Shown here: positions 44,748 to 53,357 of the stretch, piece after piece
Numbering within the stretch: the stretch's first letter is position 1
How the letters are laid out: every line of letters starts with the position of its first letter
Source of the DNA: an uncultured bacterium
GTDB taxonomy: Bacteria; Acidobacteriota; Vicinamibacteria; Vicinamibacterales; UBA8438
Length of the DNA stretch: 64,000 nucleotides
Reading direction: 5' to 3'
Assembly (NCBI GenBank): GCA_963934795.1
Contig: CAWWAF010000006.1
Location: 1,757-65,756 of the forward strand
Made by a program: the position numbers and the translations under genes
Notes under the pieces: model-generated
What the model saw: the letters and a program-made list of their open reading frames with translations, nothing else
What the model was told of the DNA's origin: nothing
Database searches by the model: none

Positions 44748-44870
44748 CATGACGTGGACCTCGACGACGGCCGGTTCCGAACGATCGGATATCCATCCTG
44801 GCAAGAAAAGTTGCTGCCGGTGGTGCTGAACTGGTTCGACGAACTCGAGCGCTTCGTACCGACTCCCTAG
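44748..44870 (+). pseudogene. Stub of the C-terminus of a TolB/PD40-like beta-propeller protein
   Basis: A frame with no start codon reads HDVDLDDGRFRTIGYPSWQEKLLPVVLNWFDELERFVPTP then stop. ...DG.RF... and ...VVLNWFEEL.R.VP are the typical last strand and tail of acidobacterial TolB-like or kinase-associated propellers. Confidence 0.5.
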
Positions 44871-45013
44871 GTCGACGAGTGGAGCATCCACTACTGGATC
44901 TTGTGCAGACCGGGGTGTCTAATAGCCTGTATCGCTTGCCGGTCTTCCGTCATTGGGGGTGCACAGTGGTCCCGACCGCCCGGGCGTCGACGCCCCAGAA
45001 CAAGGAGTTCCAG

Positions 45014-46315
45014 GTGCTCACACGACGCGTACCCCATGTACTTGCCGCGCTTTCGTTTACCACGCTCCTGATCGTTGGGGTCGGAGATTCGCTTATTGGT
45101 GCCGGTGCCGCTGCTGACGTGCCCCGGGGGACGCCGGAGGAAGTCGGTCTATCGGCGGAACGGCTGACCAGAATCAACGACGTCGTCCAGCGGGCGATGG
45201 ACGACGAGGCGATCTCGGGCGCGGTGACCATCGTGGCTCGTCACGGGAAAATCGCGCATTTCGAAGCACAGGGGCTGATGGACATCGAGGATGGCACCCC
45301 GATGCGTACCGACACCATCTTCCCGATCGCGTCGATGACGAAGCCTGTCACGGGGGTCGCGATTCTGATGATGGTGGAAGAAGGACTGGTGCGGCTGACT
45401 GATCCGGTTTCGCGGTTCGTCCCGGAGTTTACTGATCCGGCGGTGGCAGTCTGGCAGAACGGCACGCGGCCTCGGCGCGGCGCAGATGCCCCCGAGGCAT
45501 ACACGATTCCCGCCGCTCGCGAGATCACCATCCGGGACCTGATGACCCACACCTCTGGGCTGGGCAGCGGCGGGGCCGGGGCCATCGCGACCCAGCGGGT
45601 CGCGCCGCGGCGGTCGACCGACACCCTGAAGACCTATGTAGCCGAGTTGGGCGACGCACCGCTCGACTTCCAGCCTGGCACCCACTGGGCCTACAGCGGC
45701 CTCAACGGCATCGACACGCTCGGTCGGGTAGTCGAGGTGGTCTCGGGCCTGACGTTCGACCAGTTCCTCGCGCAGCGCATCTTCGAGCCGCTGGGCATGG
45801 ACGACACAGCATTCGTCCCGGCCACCGCCAGCGCCTCGCGCGTGGTCACGCTGTATCGCCGGTCACCGGACGGACTCGGACGGGTCGACGTGCCAGCCTG
45901 GGTAGACACGAAGACCCTCTTCTCCGGTGGCGGCGGTCTCTGGTCGACCGCCGAGGACTATCTCCAGTTTGCCCAGATGCTCCTCAACCGGGGTGAGCTG
46001 GGCGGTGTCCGTCTGCTCGGGTCGCGAACGGTTGAGCTGATGGCCTCCAACCACGTTGGCGAGCTGTATGCGGAAGGCGGCACGACCGGCGGACGCCCGG
46101 GGATGGGCTTCGGGCTGACAGTGCGGGTAGTCGAGAACGCCGTCGAGGCGCAGCAGTCTATGTCGAATGGAAGTTTCGGGTGGGGCGGCGCCTTCGGCAC
46201 CAACTTCTGGGTCGACCCGAAGGAAGACCTCACTGCGGTGCTGATGGTGCAAACCCCGGGCGGCACCCTGCGTGGCGACTTTGCGAACGCGGTGCTGCAG
46301 TCGATCGTCGATTGA
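45014..46315 (+). CDS. Serine hydrolase (beta-lactamase/PBP4* family), secreted; paralog of 15190..16503
   Basis: FPIASMTKPVTG (SxxK), FSGGGGLWST, GWGGAFGTNFWVDP. AAGGAG lies 7 nt upstream of GTG 45014. Confidence 0.85.
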   Translation: MLTRRVPHVLAALSFTTLLIVGVGDSLIGAGAAADVPRGTPEEVGLSAERLTRINDVVQRAMDDEAISGAVTIVARHGKIAHFEAQGLMDIEDGTPMRTDTIFPIASMTKPVTGVAILMMVEEGLVRLTDPVSRFVPEFTDPAVAVWQNGTRPRRGADAPEAYTIPAAREITIRDLMTHTSGLGSGGAGAIATQRVAPRRSTDTLKTYVAELGDAPLDFQPGTHWAYSGLNGIDTLGRVVEVVSGLTFDQFLAQRIFEPLGMDDTAFVPATASASRVVTLYRRSPDGLGRVDVPAWVDTKTLFSGGGGLWSTAEDYLQFAQMLLNRGELGGVRLLGSRTVELMASNHVGELYAEGGTTGGRPGMGFGLTVRVVENAVEAQQSMSNGSFGWGGAFGTNFWVDPKEDLTAVLMVQTPGGTLRGDFANAVLQSIVD

Positions 46316-46324
46316 GTTCGACGC

Positions 46325-47299
46325 TTATTGCAGCGCTTCACGCTCGAGCGCTCGTGCGCCCTTGAGCAAGTTCTCCATGCCGTAGTTTCGTTCGTGGCAG
46401 GCGTACTCGTAGATCAGGCCTTCGGTCTTCGGCATATCAAGCGTCGCGGTCCAGTCGGCGGCCCAGGTCGTCGGGTCGGAGAAGGTGACCTCGTAGCTCA
46501 GGATGTTGGCCTCTGGCCGTGAGAAGCGCTCGACCAGGGTGAGGTTTTCGGCCGAACCACGCCAGGGCGCTTGTCCCGTGAAGTGGCTCGTCTCGACCAC
46601 CAAGGTCTCGCCTTCCCAGTGCCCGCGCGAGCGGCCCAGCCATTGGCTTGGCGTCTCATCTGGTTCCGAGCCGCCACTCAGCGGGATGATGCGCAGTTCG
46701 TGCACCATCTCCAGCAGGATCCCCACATGGGTTTCGCTCTGGAAGATCTGAAAGTTGTTGTTGTAGACCCCACCGAGCCGAACGGTGCCGCGTGACAGAC
46801 AGCGCTCCCACAGCCCGCGGTCTTCTGGGTTTTCTGAATTCTCGCGTCGGGACCGCGCCGCTCGTGCCACGTCCGCTCGCGCGATTGCACCGGCGGTGCG
46901 CTCGGGGATCTTGCCGTCGGGCGGATCTATGATCAGCGACGTCCGCCCGTCGGACATTCCCCGGTCCCACCAGAACTGGTTGTACGCGAGGCCCACGTCC
47001 CGTTCGGCAGTCAGTTCGCCCCGGCGCTCTGAGGTGGCGAACGTGGTGGCGTTGATGTTGGCCTCGGCGACCTCCTCCGAGGTGAGGAACTCGCGGCCCT
47101 CGTAGCGATCCGGTCTCTCCAATGGGGTCGCGGTGCCGTGGTCCCACACGCCTTGCAGGTCGGGCGTGCCCCATGGCATTCGGGGCGCCGGAGAGCCGTC
47201 CGGTGCGCGCCCGGCAGAGGCAGGTTGAGCTGCGGCGATTGGGGCCACCGCCACTAGCGCAAATAGTACCGACAGGACGTTGAGCATGCGGAGCGTCAT
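46325..47299 (-). CDS. Secreted conserved protein of unknown function ('PDLQGVW ... YACHE.N' family); paralog of 30407..31417
   Basis: AGAGGA upstream of ATG 47299. Signal peptide ends ...APIAAAQ. TPDLQGVWDHGTATPLERP, HWEGETLVVETSHF, YEYACHERNYGMENLLKGARALE. Confidence 0.8.
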   Translation of the reverse strand: MTLRMLNVLSVLFALVAVAPIAAAQPASAGRAPDGSPAPRMPWGTPDLQGVWDHGTATPLERPDRYEGREFLTSEEVAEANINATTFATSERRGELTAERDVGLAYNQFWWDRGMSDGRTSLIIDPPDGKIPERTAGAIARADVARAARSRRENSENPEDRGLWERCLSRGTVRLGGVYNNNFQIFQSETHVGILLEMVHELRIIPLSGGSEPDETPSQWLGRSRGHWEGETLVVETSHFTGQAPWRGSAENLTLVERFSRPEANILSYEVTFSDPTTWAADWTATLDMPKTEGLIYEYACHERNYGMENLLKGARALEREALQ

Positions 47300-47421
47300 T
47301 GGTCCTCTTTCGTCTCGGGTGCAGGCCATAGACAGAACGACGGCGCGGTATGACGGCCAGTCCATAGATATGCTGGCTGCCGGCATCCTATCTGTCGGTC
47401 GTCTCTGTGGCAATATGTCGG

Positions 47422-48429
47422 TCAATTGACGAGCGCGGCGTTGGTCGCCCAAGAGAGCGCCAGGGTCCGCGATGCGCTCGTGGCCACGGGCCTCACTACC
47501 TGCCTTGGCAAAGTCGATCGCATTGCTTCGCGATGGCGGCTCAGGTTATGCGCCGCATCCTGGTTGACGAGGCACGGGCTCGGCAGTCCGAGAAGTGAGG
47601 CGTTGGTCTGGTGCCACCGGACCAGTTCGCGACTGACGGTTGCGAGGGTCTCTTGAAACGTCGAGAAGGGGAGGATAAGCCCCCGGTCTATGAACTGCCG
47701 CCGCTGTCGGTCGTAGGTCTCAAGTTCGCGTCTGGCCTGCCCGTTGATCTCGTCCAGGTCGGTCGGCCCAGACGGATGTAACCCGTCGTGCAGAAAGATC
47801 GAGTCGCCGACCCGTACGACCACCGGCTTCGAGCGCAGCCAGCGGCCATACCGCCCGTCTGGACCGAACGCGTCGATGTACTCCAGGAACCCGGGGGGAT
47901 GGGTATCCATCCAGGCGCTGCGCGACTGCGGTTGGGGCGCGATCGGACCGAGCGCGTCAGATTGAGCCGCGACCAAGGCCAGGTAGTCCGCGTAGCCCTC
48001 CTCCCGGCGGGACTCCGACTCAGCGTCCGCGAACGCGGCGAGCAGTCCGGGCGTCGTATCGCGCAGGTTCGCCATCAGGCTCATGGTGTCGTGATTGCCC
48101 AACACGACGAGCACTCGGCCACCGGCCTCGGCCGCATCCGTCTCCAGTCGCATCATCAGGTCGAGGACCGCCCTGACGCCCGCTCCCCGGTCCGTGAGGT
48201 CGCCCGTTTGGATCAGGGTGTTGCTCCCGCGAGTCCATTGCTGATCGCGGTCGGTCAACTCGGTAGCTTCGAGGAGGGCACGAAGCTCGTCGATGGCGCC
48301 ATGCACGTCGCCGATGGCCACAACCCGACCCGGCTGCGCGGCAGGCGCCGTGACCGCGACCAGCAGGAGGATGCCCAGACACAGTCGCACGACCGCGGGC
48401 AGGCGACGAATGTCCTGTGTGGGGGCCAC
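47422..48429 (-). CDS. Calcineurin-like metallophosphoesterase (Shelph-like), probably C-terminally truncated or rearranged
   Basis: GGAGGG upstream of GTG 48429. Signal peptide. VAIGDVHG, GDLTDRG, LGNHD, IFLHDGLHP. The last ~80-100 codons lack the downstream motifs I expect and run antisense across the ECF-sigma-like stub. Confidence 0.7.
   Translation of the reverse strand: MAPTQDIRRLPAVVRLCLGILLLVAVTAPAAQPGRVVAIGDVHGAIDELRALLEATELTDRDQQWTRGSNTLIQTGDLTDRGAGVRAVLDLMMRLETDAAEAGGRVLVVLGNHDTMSLMANLRDTTPGLLAAFADAESESRREEGYADYLALVAAQSDALGPIAPQPQSRSAWMDTHPPGFLEYIDAFGPDGRYGRWLRSKPVVVRVGDSIFLHDGLHPSGPTDLDEINGQARRELETYDRQRRQFIDRGLILPFSTFQETLATVSRELVRWHQTNASLLGLPSPCLVNQDAAHNLSRHREAMRSTLPRQVVRPVATSASRTLALSWATNAALVN
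47497..47598 (+). pseudogene. Fragment of a PF07638-type ECF sigma-70 factor
   Basis: Reads YLPWQSRSHCFAMAAQVMRRILVDEARARQSEK then stop. Remembered family consensus is ...W.NRAHFFA.AA..MRRILVDHARAR.A.KRGG.... No N-terminal region 2 or C-terminal region 4 can be traced in frame. Confidence 0.5.
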
Positions 48430-48537
48430 CGTCCCTCCAGCTTACCGCGGTGGGATGACCGGCGCACTATGATGAAGCGGTTCAGCCACAGGCGTGGTTG
48501 TGCCCGGGTTCATGCAGGCCGGAAAGGTGTTGACGAC

Positions 48538-49329
48538 ATGCGATTCGCGTTGCCGTTTGCAATGGTGGGCTTGGCCGCTTCGCTGATGGCCCAAGCGCCC
48601 GATACGGTGTTCCTCGAGGACTTCACCTGGACCGAGTTGCGGGACGCGGTGGACGCCGGGACGACGACCATCATTATCCCGACTGGAGGGACGGAGCAGA
48701 ACGGACCGCACATGGTCCTAGGCAAGCACAACTACCTCGTGCGCCACAAAGCCGGGGAGATCGCGAGACGACTCGGGGCCGCGCTCGTCGCTCCCGTGAT
48801 GGCCTACGTGCCGGAAGGCGACGTGGAGCCGCCGACGAGTCACATGCGATTTCCAGGGACCATCACGACGCCGCCTGAGGTGTTCGAGCAGGTGCTGGAA
48901 TATGCGGCGCGGAGCCTGAAGCAGCATGGGTTCGTCGACATCGCGCTGCTGGGTGACAGTGGTGGCAATCAGGCGTCGCAGGCCGTGGTAGCTCAGCGGC
49001 TCAACGCGGAGTGGGCCGCGACGCCGGTACGCGTCCACCACCTGACCGACTACTATCCGGGGCGTGGTGACGACTGGCTGGTCGAGCAGGGCGTTCCGGC
49101 CGCGGACGTCGGATCCCACGCCGGCATGCACGACACCGCGAGCTTGCTCTTCCTCGACCCGTCGAAGCTTCGGCTCGATCGGATGGAGCGGGGCACCGGT
49201 CCGACCGGCAACGGCGTGGTGGGGAACCCCGGCCGATCGACCGCCGCCTTCGGCGAACGGATACTCGAGATGCAGATTGCGGCGGCGGTGCGGCAGATAC
49301 ACCGACTCCGGATAGGTAGTCGGCCCTAG
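48538..49329 (+). CDS. Creatininase (creatinine amidohydrolase/FAPy formamide hydrolase) family protein with signal peptide
   Basis: IIIPTGGTEQNGPHMVLGKHN, GDSGGNQ, SHAGMHDTAS. The long track ORF 47788..49329 is an antisense extension; ATG 48538 was chosen. Confidence 0.8.
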   Translation: MRFALPFAMVGLAASLMAQAPDTVFLEDFTWTELRDAVDAGTTTIIIPTGGTEQNGPHMVLGKHNYLVRHKAGEIARRLGAALVAPVMAYVPEGDVEPPTSHMRFPGTITTPPEVFEQVLEYAARSLKQHGFVDIALLGDSGGNQASQAVVAQRLNAEWAATPVRVHHLTDYYPGRGDDWLVEQGVPAADVGSHAGMHDTASLLFLDPSKLRLDRMERGTGPTGNGVVGNPGRSTAAFGERILEMQIAAAVRQIHRLRIGSRP

Positions 49330-49336
49330 CAGCGGG

Positions 49337-49356
49337 CAGGGAGGCGCGCCTCCCTG
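49337..49356. promoter_or_regulatory. Perfect 20-nt palindrome between the creatininase and M20 genes (hairpin or operator)
   Basis: CAGGGAGGCG/CGCCTCCCTG, 8 nt after the stop at 49329. No following T-tract. Confidence 0.4.
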
Positions 49357-49427
49357 ATGTGAAGGGCGCCCGGTCGGTAGTCTGGTTACGGAAGCGGCAG
49401 CGGTTGGCAACTGAAGATGCGGACATC

Positions 49428-50975
49428 ATGACAACAGTCTTGCTTCGTCTCACTCTCCTGTGTGGCTGTGTAGTGGGGCTCGCCGTGGCCGCTGCGGCGC
49501 AAACGGGCGCCGAGGTGGCACGAGCCTACCGTGAAGCTCATGCGCCGGCGATCGTCCGGGACTATGCGGAGATGCTGGCCTACCCGAACCGGGCGCGCGA
49601 TCTCGACGACGTGGCGCGCGCAGCGGCGTACATCCGCGACGAGCTCCGCGACGCTGGCATCGACACGCGACTGCTCACGCTCGACGGCGTGCCACCGCTC
49701 ATCTTCGGCGAGCTGCGCGTACCGGGTGCCCAGCGGACGCTCGGACTCTATGCCCACTACGATGGCCAACCGGTGGATCCCTCGAACTGGACCCATCCGC
49801 CGTTCGAACCGACGTTATACACCTCAGCGATGGACATCGGTGGTCGGCCGCGCGGTCTGCCGGCTGACACCGAGGCGGTCGATCCGGAGTGGCGCATCTA
49901 CGCCCGGTCGGCCGGCGATGACAAGGCGCCGATCCAGGCATTGCTGTCCGTCATCCGTGCGTTCCAGGATGGCGACGTGACGCCGACCTCCAACCTGATC
50001 TTCTTCTTCGATGGTCAAGAGGAGGCTGGCTCTCCGCGTTTGGGCGACTACATGGAGTTGGTCCGTGAACGCGTCGAGGGGGTCGATGTCTGGCTGTTCT
50101 GCGACGGGCCGGCGCATCAAAGCGGTCGTCCGCTTCTGGCGCTCGGGGCCCGGGGGGCGATGGGGATGGAGGTCACCGTCTACGGCGCCACACGCAATCT
50201 GCACTCGGGGCACTATGGGAACTGGGCACCGGATACGGGGATGATCCTCGCCCGCCTGTTGTCGTCAATGAAGGGCGAGGCCGGGCGCGTCTTGATTGAT
50301 GGCTGGTACGACACCGCGGAGCCACTGAGCCAGGAAGCGGCCGCGGCACTGCGAGCGATGCCTGATTGGGATAGCCAGCTGAAGCAGGAACTGGGTCTTG
50401 CGCGCACGGAAGGGGAACCGCAGACGTTGCCTGAGCGGCTGATGGTGCCGGCGCTCAACGTGCGCGGGATGACCAGCGGGAATACCGGGTCGCTGGCGCG
50501 CAACATCATTCCGAATACCGCGGTGGCGGCACTGGGGATACGACTCGTGCAGGGCAACGACCCGGCTCATCTGCGCCGGCTGGTTGTCGCCCACATCGAG
50601 CGCCAGGGGTTTCACGTCGTGGCTGAGGAGCCGGATCTCGACACCCGACTGCGCCACCCGCTCATCGCGAAAGTGACAGGTGGCGGTGGTTCGGTGGCCG
50701 CCCGCACGTCCATCTCCGATCCCTTCGTCATGCAGGTGATTGCGGCGGCGACCGACGCGGCGGACCGCGCGTTCGTCGAGGGGGCCTTGGTGATCTCACC
50801 GGGACTGGGTGGGACGCTGCCTATTGCCCTGTTCACTGATGTATGGCATAAGCCGGCGCTTGTCGTCCCGATCGCGAACCACGACAACAATCAGCACGCA
50901 CCAGATGAGAACCTCCGGCTGGCCAACCTCTGGTACGGCATCGACCTGTTCGCCGAAATTCTGACCATGCCCTGA
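49428..50975 (+). CDS. M20/M25/M40 family dipeptidase-like metallopeptidase, secreted
   Basis: YAHYDGQPVD, ARSAGDDKAPIQAL, FFFDGQEEAGSP, HAPDENL. Signal peptide after ATG 49428. Confidence 0.85.
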   Translation: MTTVLLRLTLLCGCVVGLAVAAAAQTGAEVARAYREAHAPAIVRDYAEMLAYPNRARDLDDVARAAAYIRDELRDAGIDTRLLTLDGVPPLIFGELRVPGAQRTLGLYAHYDGQPVDPSNWTHPPFEPTLYTSAMDIGGRPRGLPADTEAVDPEWRIYARSAGDDKAPIQALLSVIRAFQDGDVTPTSNLIFFFDGQEEAGSPRLGDYMELVRERVEGVDVWLFCDGPAHQSGRPLLALGARGAMGMEVTVYGATRNLHSGHYGNWAPDTGMILARLLSSMKGEAGRVLIDGWYDTAEPLSQEAAAALRAMPDWDSQLKQELGLARTEGEPQTLPERLMVPALNVRGMTSGNTGSLARNIIPNTAVAALGIRLVQGNDPAHLRRLVVAHIERQGFHVVAEEPDLDTRLRHPLIAKVTGGGGSVAARTSISDPFVMQVIAAATDAADRAFVEGALVISPGLGGTLPIALFTDVWHKPALVVPIANHDNNQHAPDENLRLANLWYGIDLFAEILTMP

Positions 50976-51165
50976 CGAGCCAGGGCGGCTGGTGTCTTCC
51001 CGTTGTTCCTGCTGCACCCACTGGCCGGCCCCGTTGATCATGTGGACGTCCCGCATGTCCGTGCAGGGCTGGCGTTGCGCCCGTTCCAGCGCGCCTGTCT
51101 CGCAATAGCGCCGCCGTCGCTCCAATCGGCGATGAACAGCCAAGGCTGCGATACCATAAGCCCGT

Positions 51166-52281
51166 ATGCTGCGGCACTTTCGCGACGGTTTCAGAGCACT
51201 CAGGACGGCATTCGTCGTGCTCATGCTCGTGGGTATGAGCACGACGGTACTGGCGCATCCGGCGCCGTTCAGCTTCGTCGACATTCGCATCGATACCACC
51301 ACCGTCGATCTCGAAGTCGTGATGCATGTGTTCGACGCCGCGTATGAACTTGGCATCGATACGCCGAACGAGGCATTGGACCCGGCTGTGCTCCGTCGTG
51401 GCGCCGGGCGTCTAGCCGAGTTGCTGCGCGAGCGTCTGCACTTCAGGGTCGACGGACGTCCGCTGAGCGTTGATGTGTCCAGTTGGTCTGCTCCCGCGCC
51501 ATTGGCCGAGCGACAGTCGGTGAGCATGCGGGCGCGCGTGGATCTCGGGCGGGGACCCGGTGTGGTCGAGGTGACCGCCGTGATGTTTCCATACGATCCG
51601 GCCCACCAGACGTTTCTCAACTTCTACGATGCGGGGGAACTGACCTCGCAGGCGATTCTCGGTGGCGACGACACCAGCTTCGAGTACTTTGTCGGGAGTC
51701 GCCAGGGGACACTGGCGGTCATTCAAAAATTCGTGCCACAAGGCGCGTATCACATCCTCATCGGGCCGGACCATCTCCTGTTCTTGATTGGACTGCTCCT
51801 GCTGGGCGGTCCGGTGCGACGGTTGTTGCTCGTTATTACAGGGTTCACGGTGGCGCACAGCGTGACGTTGGCGCTCGCAGTGCTCGGGGTGGTGTCGCCC
51901 CCTGGCGGCGTGGTCGAGCCGGTCATCGCCCTCAGCATCGTCTACGTCGGGGCGGATAATCTTCTGGTGCGAGAGGGGCGAGACATGCGAGTCTGGATCG
52001 CCTTGGTGTTCGGGCTGATCCACGGATTCGGGTTCGCGAGCGTGTTGCGTGAGATGGGTTTGCCGACCGGTGCCCTCGGCTGGTCACTGTTCTCGTTCAA
52101 TCTCGGGGTGGAAATAGGGCAGGTGGCGGTCGCGGTGGTGGTCGCTGCGGCGTTGATGGCAATTCGGCGGCGGAGCGATGTGGCGGGTCGGCGAGTGGCA
52201 CTCGTCGGCTCCATCGGCGTGATCGCCGCCGGTGTATTCTGGTTTGTCCAGCGGGTCTTTTTTTCGGGAGGCATGGCATGA
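51166..52281 (+). CDS. HupE/UreJ family membrane protein with ~190-aa N-terminal periplasmic domain
   Basis: HILIGPDHLLFLIGLLLLGG, GFTVAHSVTLALAVLG, GLIHGFGFASVL. Signal peptide present. Confidence 0.8.
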   Translation: MLRHFRDGFRALRTAFVVLMLVGMSTTVLAHPAPFSFVDIRIDTTTVDLEVVMHVFDAAYELGIDTPNEALDPAVLRRGAGRLAELLRERLHFRVDGRPLSVDVSSWSAPAPLAERQSVSMRARVDLGRGPGVVEVTAVMFPYDPAHQTFLNFYDAGELTSQAILGGDDTSFEYFVGSRQGTLAVIQKFVPQGAYHILIGPDHLLFLIGLLLLGGPVRRLLLVITGFTVAHSVTLALAVLGVVSPPGGVVEPVIALSIVYVGADNLLVREGRDMRVWIALVFGLIHGFGFASVLREMGLPTGALGWSLFSFNLGVEIGQVAVAVVVAAALMAIRRRSDVAGRRVALVGSIGVIAAGVFWFVQRVFFSGGMA

Positions 52282-53246
52282 AGAGGGAAGTTGCACTTGG
52301 TATGTTGGTACTCGGCGGCGGGCTGGTGATGGCCTGTGCCGGGGGCGCGGATAGCGAGCCGCCGTCCGAGGCACCGGTTGAGACGGAGGCCCCGGAAGCC
52401 GCCGAAGCGCCGCCCGAGAATGTGGTCGAGGTCGAGCGGCTCGAGGACAATCTGTTCGTGCTTCGGGGGGGTGGGGGGAACTCGGCCGCGTTCATCACGA
52501 GCGATGGTGTGGTCCTGGTCGACACCAAACTGGCCGGTTGGGGACAACCGCTGATCGACGCCATCGGTGAGCTGACGTCAAACCCGATCACGACCATTAT
52601 CAACACGCACGCGCACTTCGACCATGTCGACGGGAACGTCGAATTTCCAGCCACGGTCGAGTTCGTGGCCCACGAGAACACGCAGCGGTTGATGCGGGAG
52701 AACAACCCGGTGCACGCCATCCAGGATGAGCCGCGGCCAAGTCCGTTCGCCGGCGACGACGGCGTAGGGATCCCCGAGACGACCTTTACTGACACGCTGA
52801 CGCTAGGGAGTGACGCCGACACCGTCGAACTGCACTATTTTGGCCGCGCGCACACCGGTGGTGACACCTGGGTCGTGTTTCCGGCGTTGCGCACCGTGCA
52901 CGCCGGCGATGCGTTCCCGAACACCATGGTACCGGTCATGGACATGAACAACGGTGGAAGTGGCGTCGACTTCCCGGAGACGCTCCGGAAGGCGTCTGAG
53001 GGCCTCACCGATATCGACCGGGTCATCACTGGCCATGGCGCCGTCGTGACGCCTGATGACCTGAACGCGTTTGCGGACTTCGTGGCCGGGTTCGTGACGG
53101 CGGCGCAGGAGGCGAAGGCGGCGGGGACGTCAGCCGCCGACTTCACGGAAACCTGGGAACCTTCGGGTGACTACGCGGACTACACCAAAGGCCCGGTCGA
53201 GCGGCTGTCGGTATACGTACAGGATATCTACGACGCCACGGAGTAG
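52278..53246 (+). CDS. MBL-fold metallo-hydrolase lipoprotein/secreted; paralog of 17934..18842
   Basis: ATGA overlap with the HupE gene. INTHAHFDHVDGN, GRAHTGGD. Long collinear identity runs with 17934..18842 (GVVLVDTKLAGWGQ, MNNGGSGV). Confidence 0.85.
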   Translation: MKREVALGMLVLGGGLVMACAGGADSEPPSEAPVETEAPEAAEAPPENVVEVERLEDNLFVLRGGGGNSAAFITSDGVVLVDTKLAGWGQPLIDAIGELTSNPITTIINTHAHFDHVDGNVEFPATVEFVAHENTQRLMRENNPVHAIQDEPRPSPFAGDDGVGIPETTFTDTLTLGSDADTVELHYFGRAHTGGDTWVVFPALRTVHAGDAFPNTMVPVMDMNNGGSGVDFPETLRKASEGLTDIDRVITGHGAVVTPDDLNAFADFVAGFVTAAQEAKAAGTSAADFTETWEPSGDYADYTKGPVERLSVYVQDIYDATE

Positions 53247-53357
53247 CGTTTGAGGCCCGGTCGCGACAAAAGGGTGACCGCGGGACGCCAAATCGGGATA
53301 ATCGCCTGAGAATATGAGCGGTCGCGTGTCCGGGGCCGCGTAAGAAAGGGATCGACC

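Noticed and set aside
47700-47770. Possible continuation of the ECF sigma remnant past its stop codon. PLSVVGLKFASGLPVDLVQV resembles the region-4 pattern ...VVELRFFGGLT.EEIAEV.
   Set aside because: The similarity is weak. On the opposite strand, this stretch still reads like a plausible phosphoesterase sequence (TDLDEINGQARRELETYDRQ). I could not decide between the two without a search.
50976-51165. Looked for a metal or cobalamin riboswitch in the 190-nt leader of the HupE/UreJ gene.
   Set aside because: I could not find a B12-box-like element or any other conserved riboswitch core. A covariance-model scan (Rfam) would be needed to be sure.
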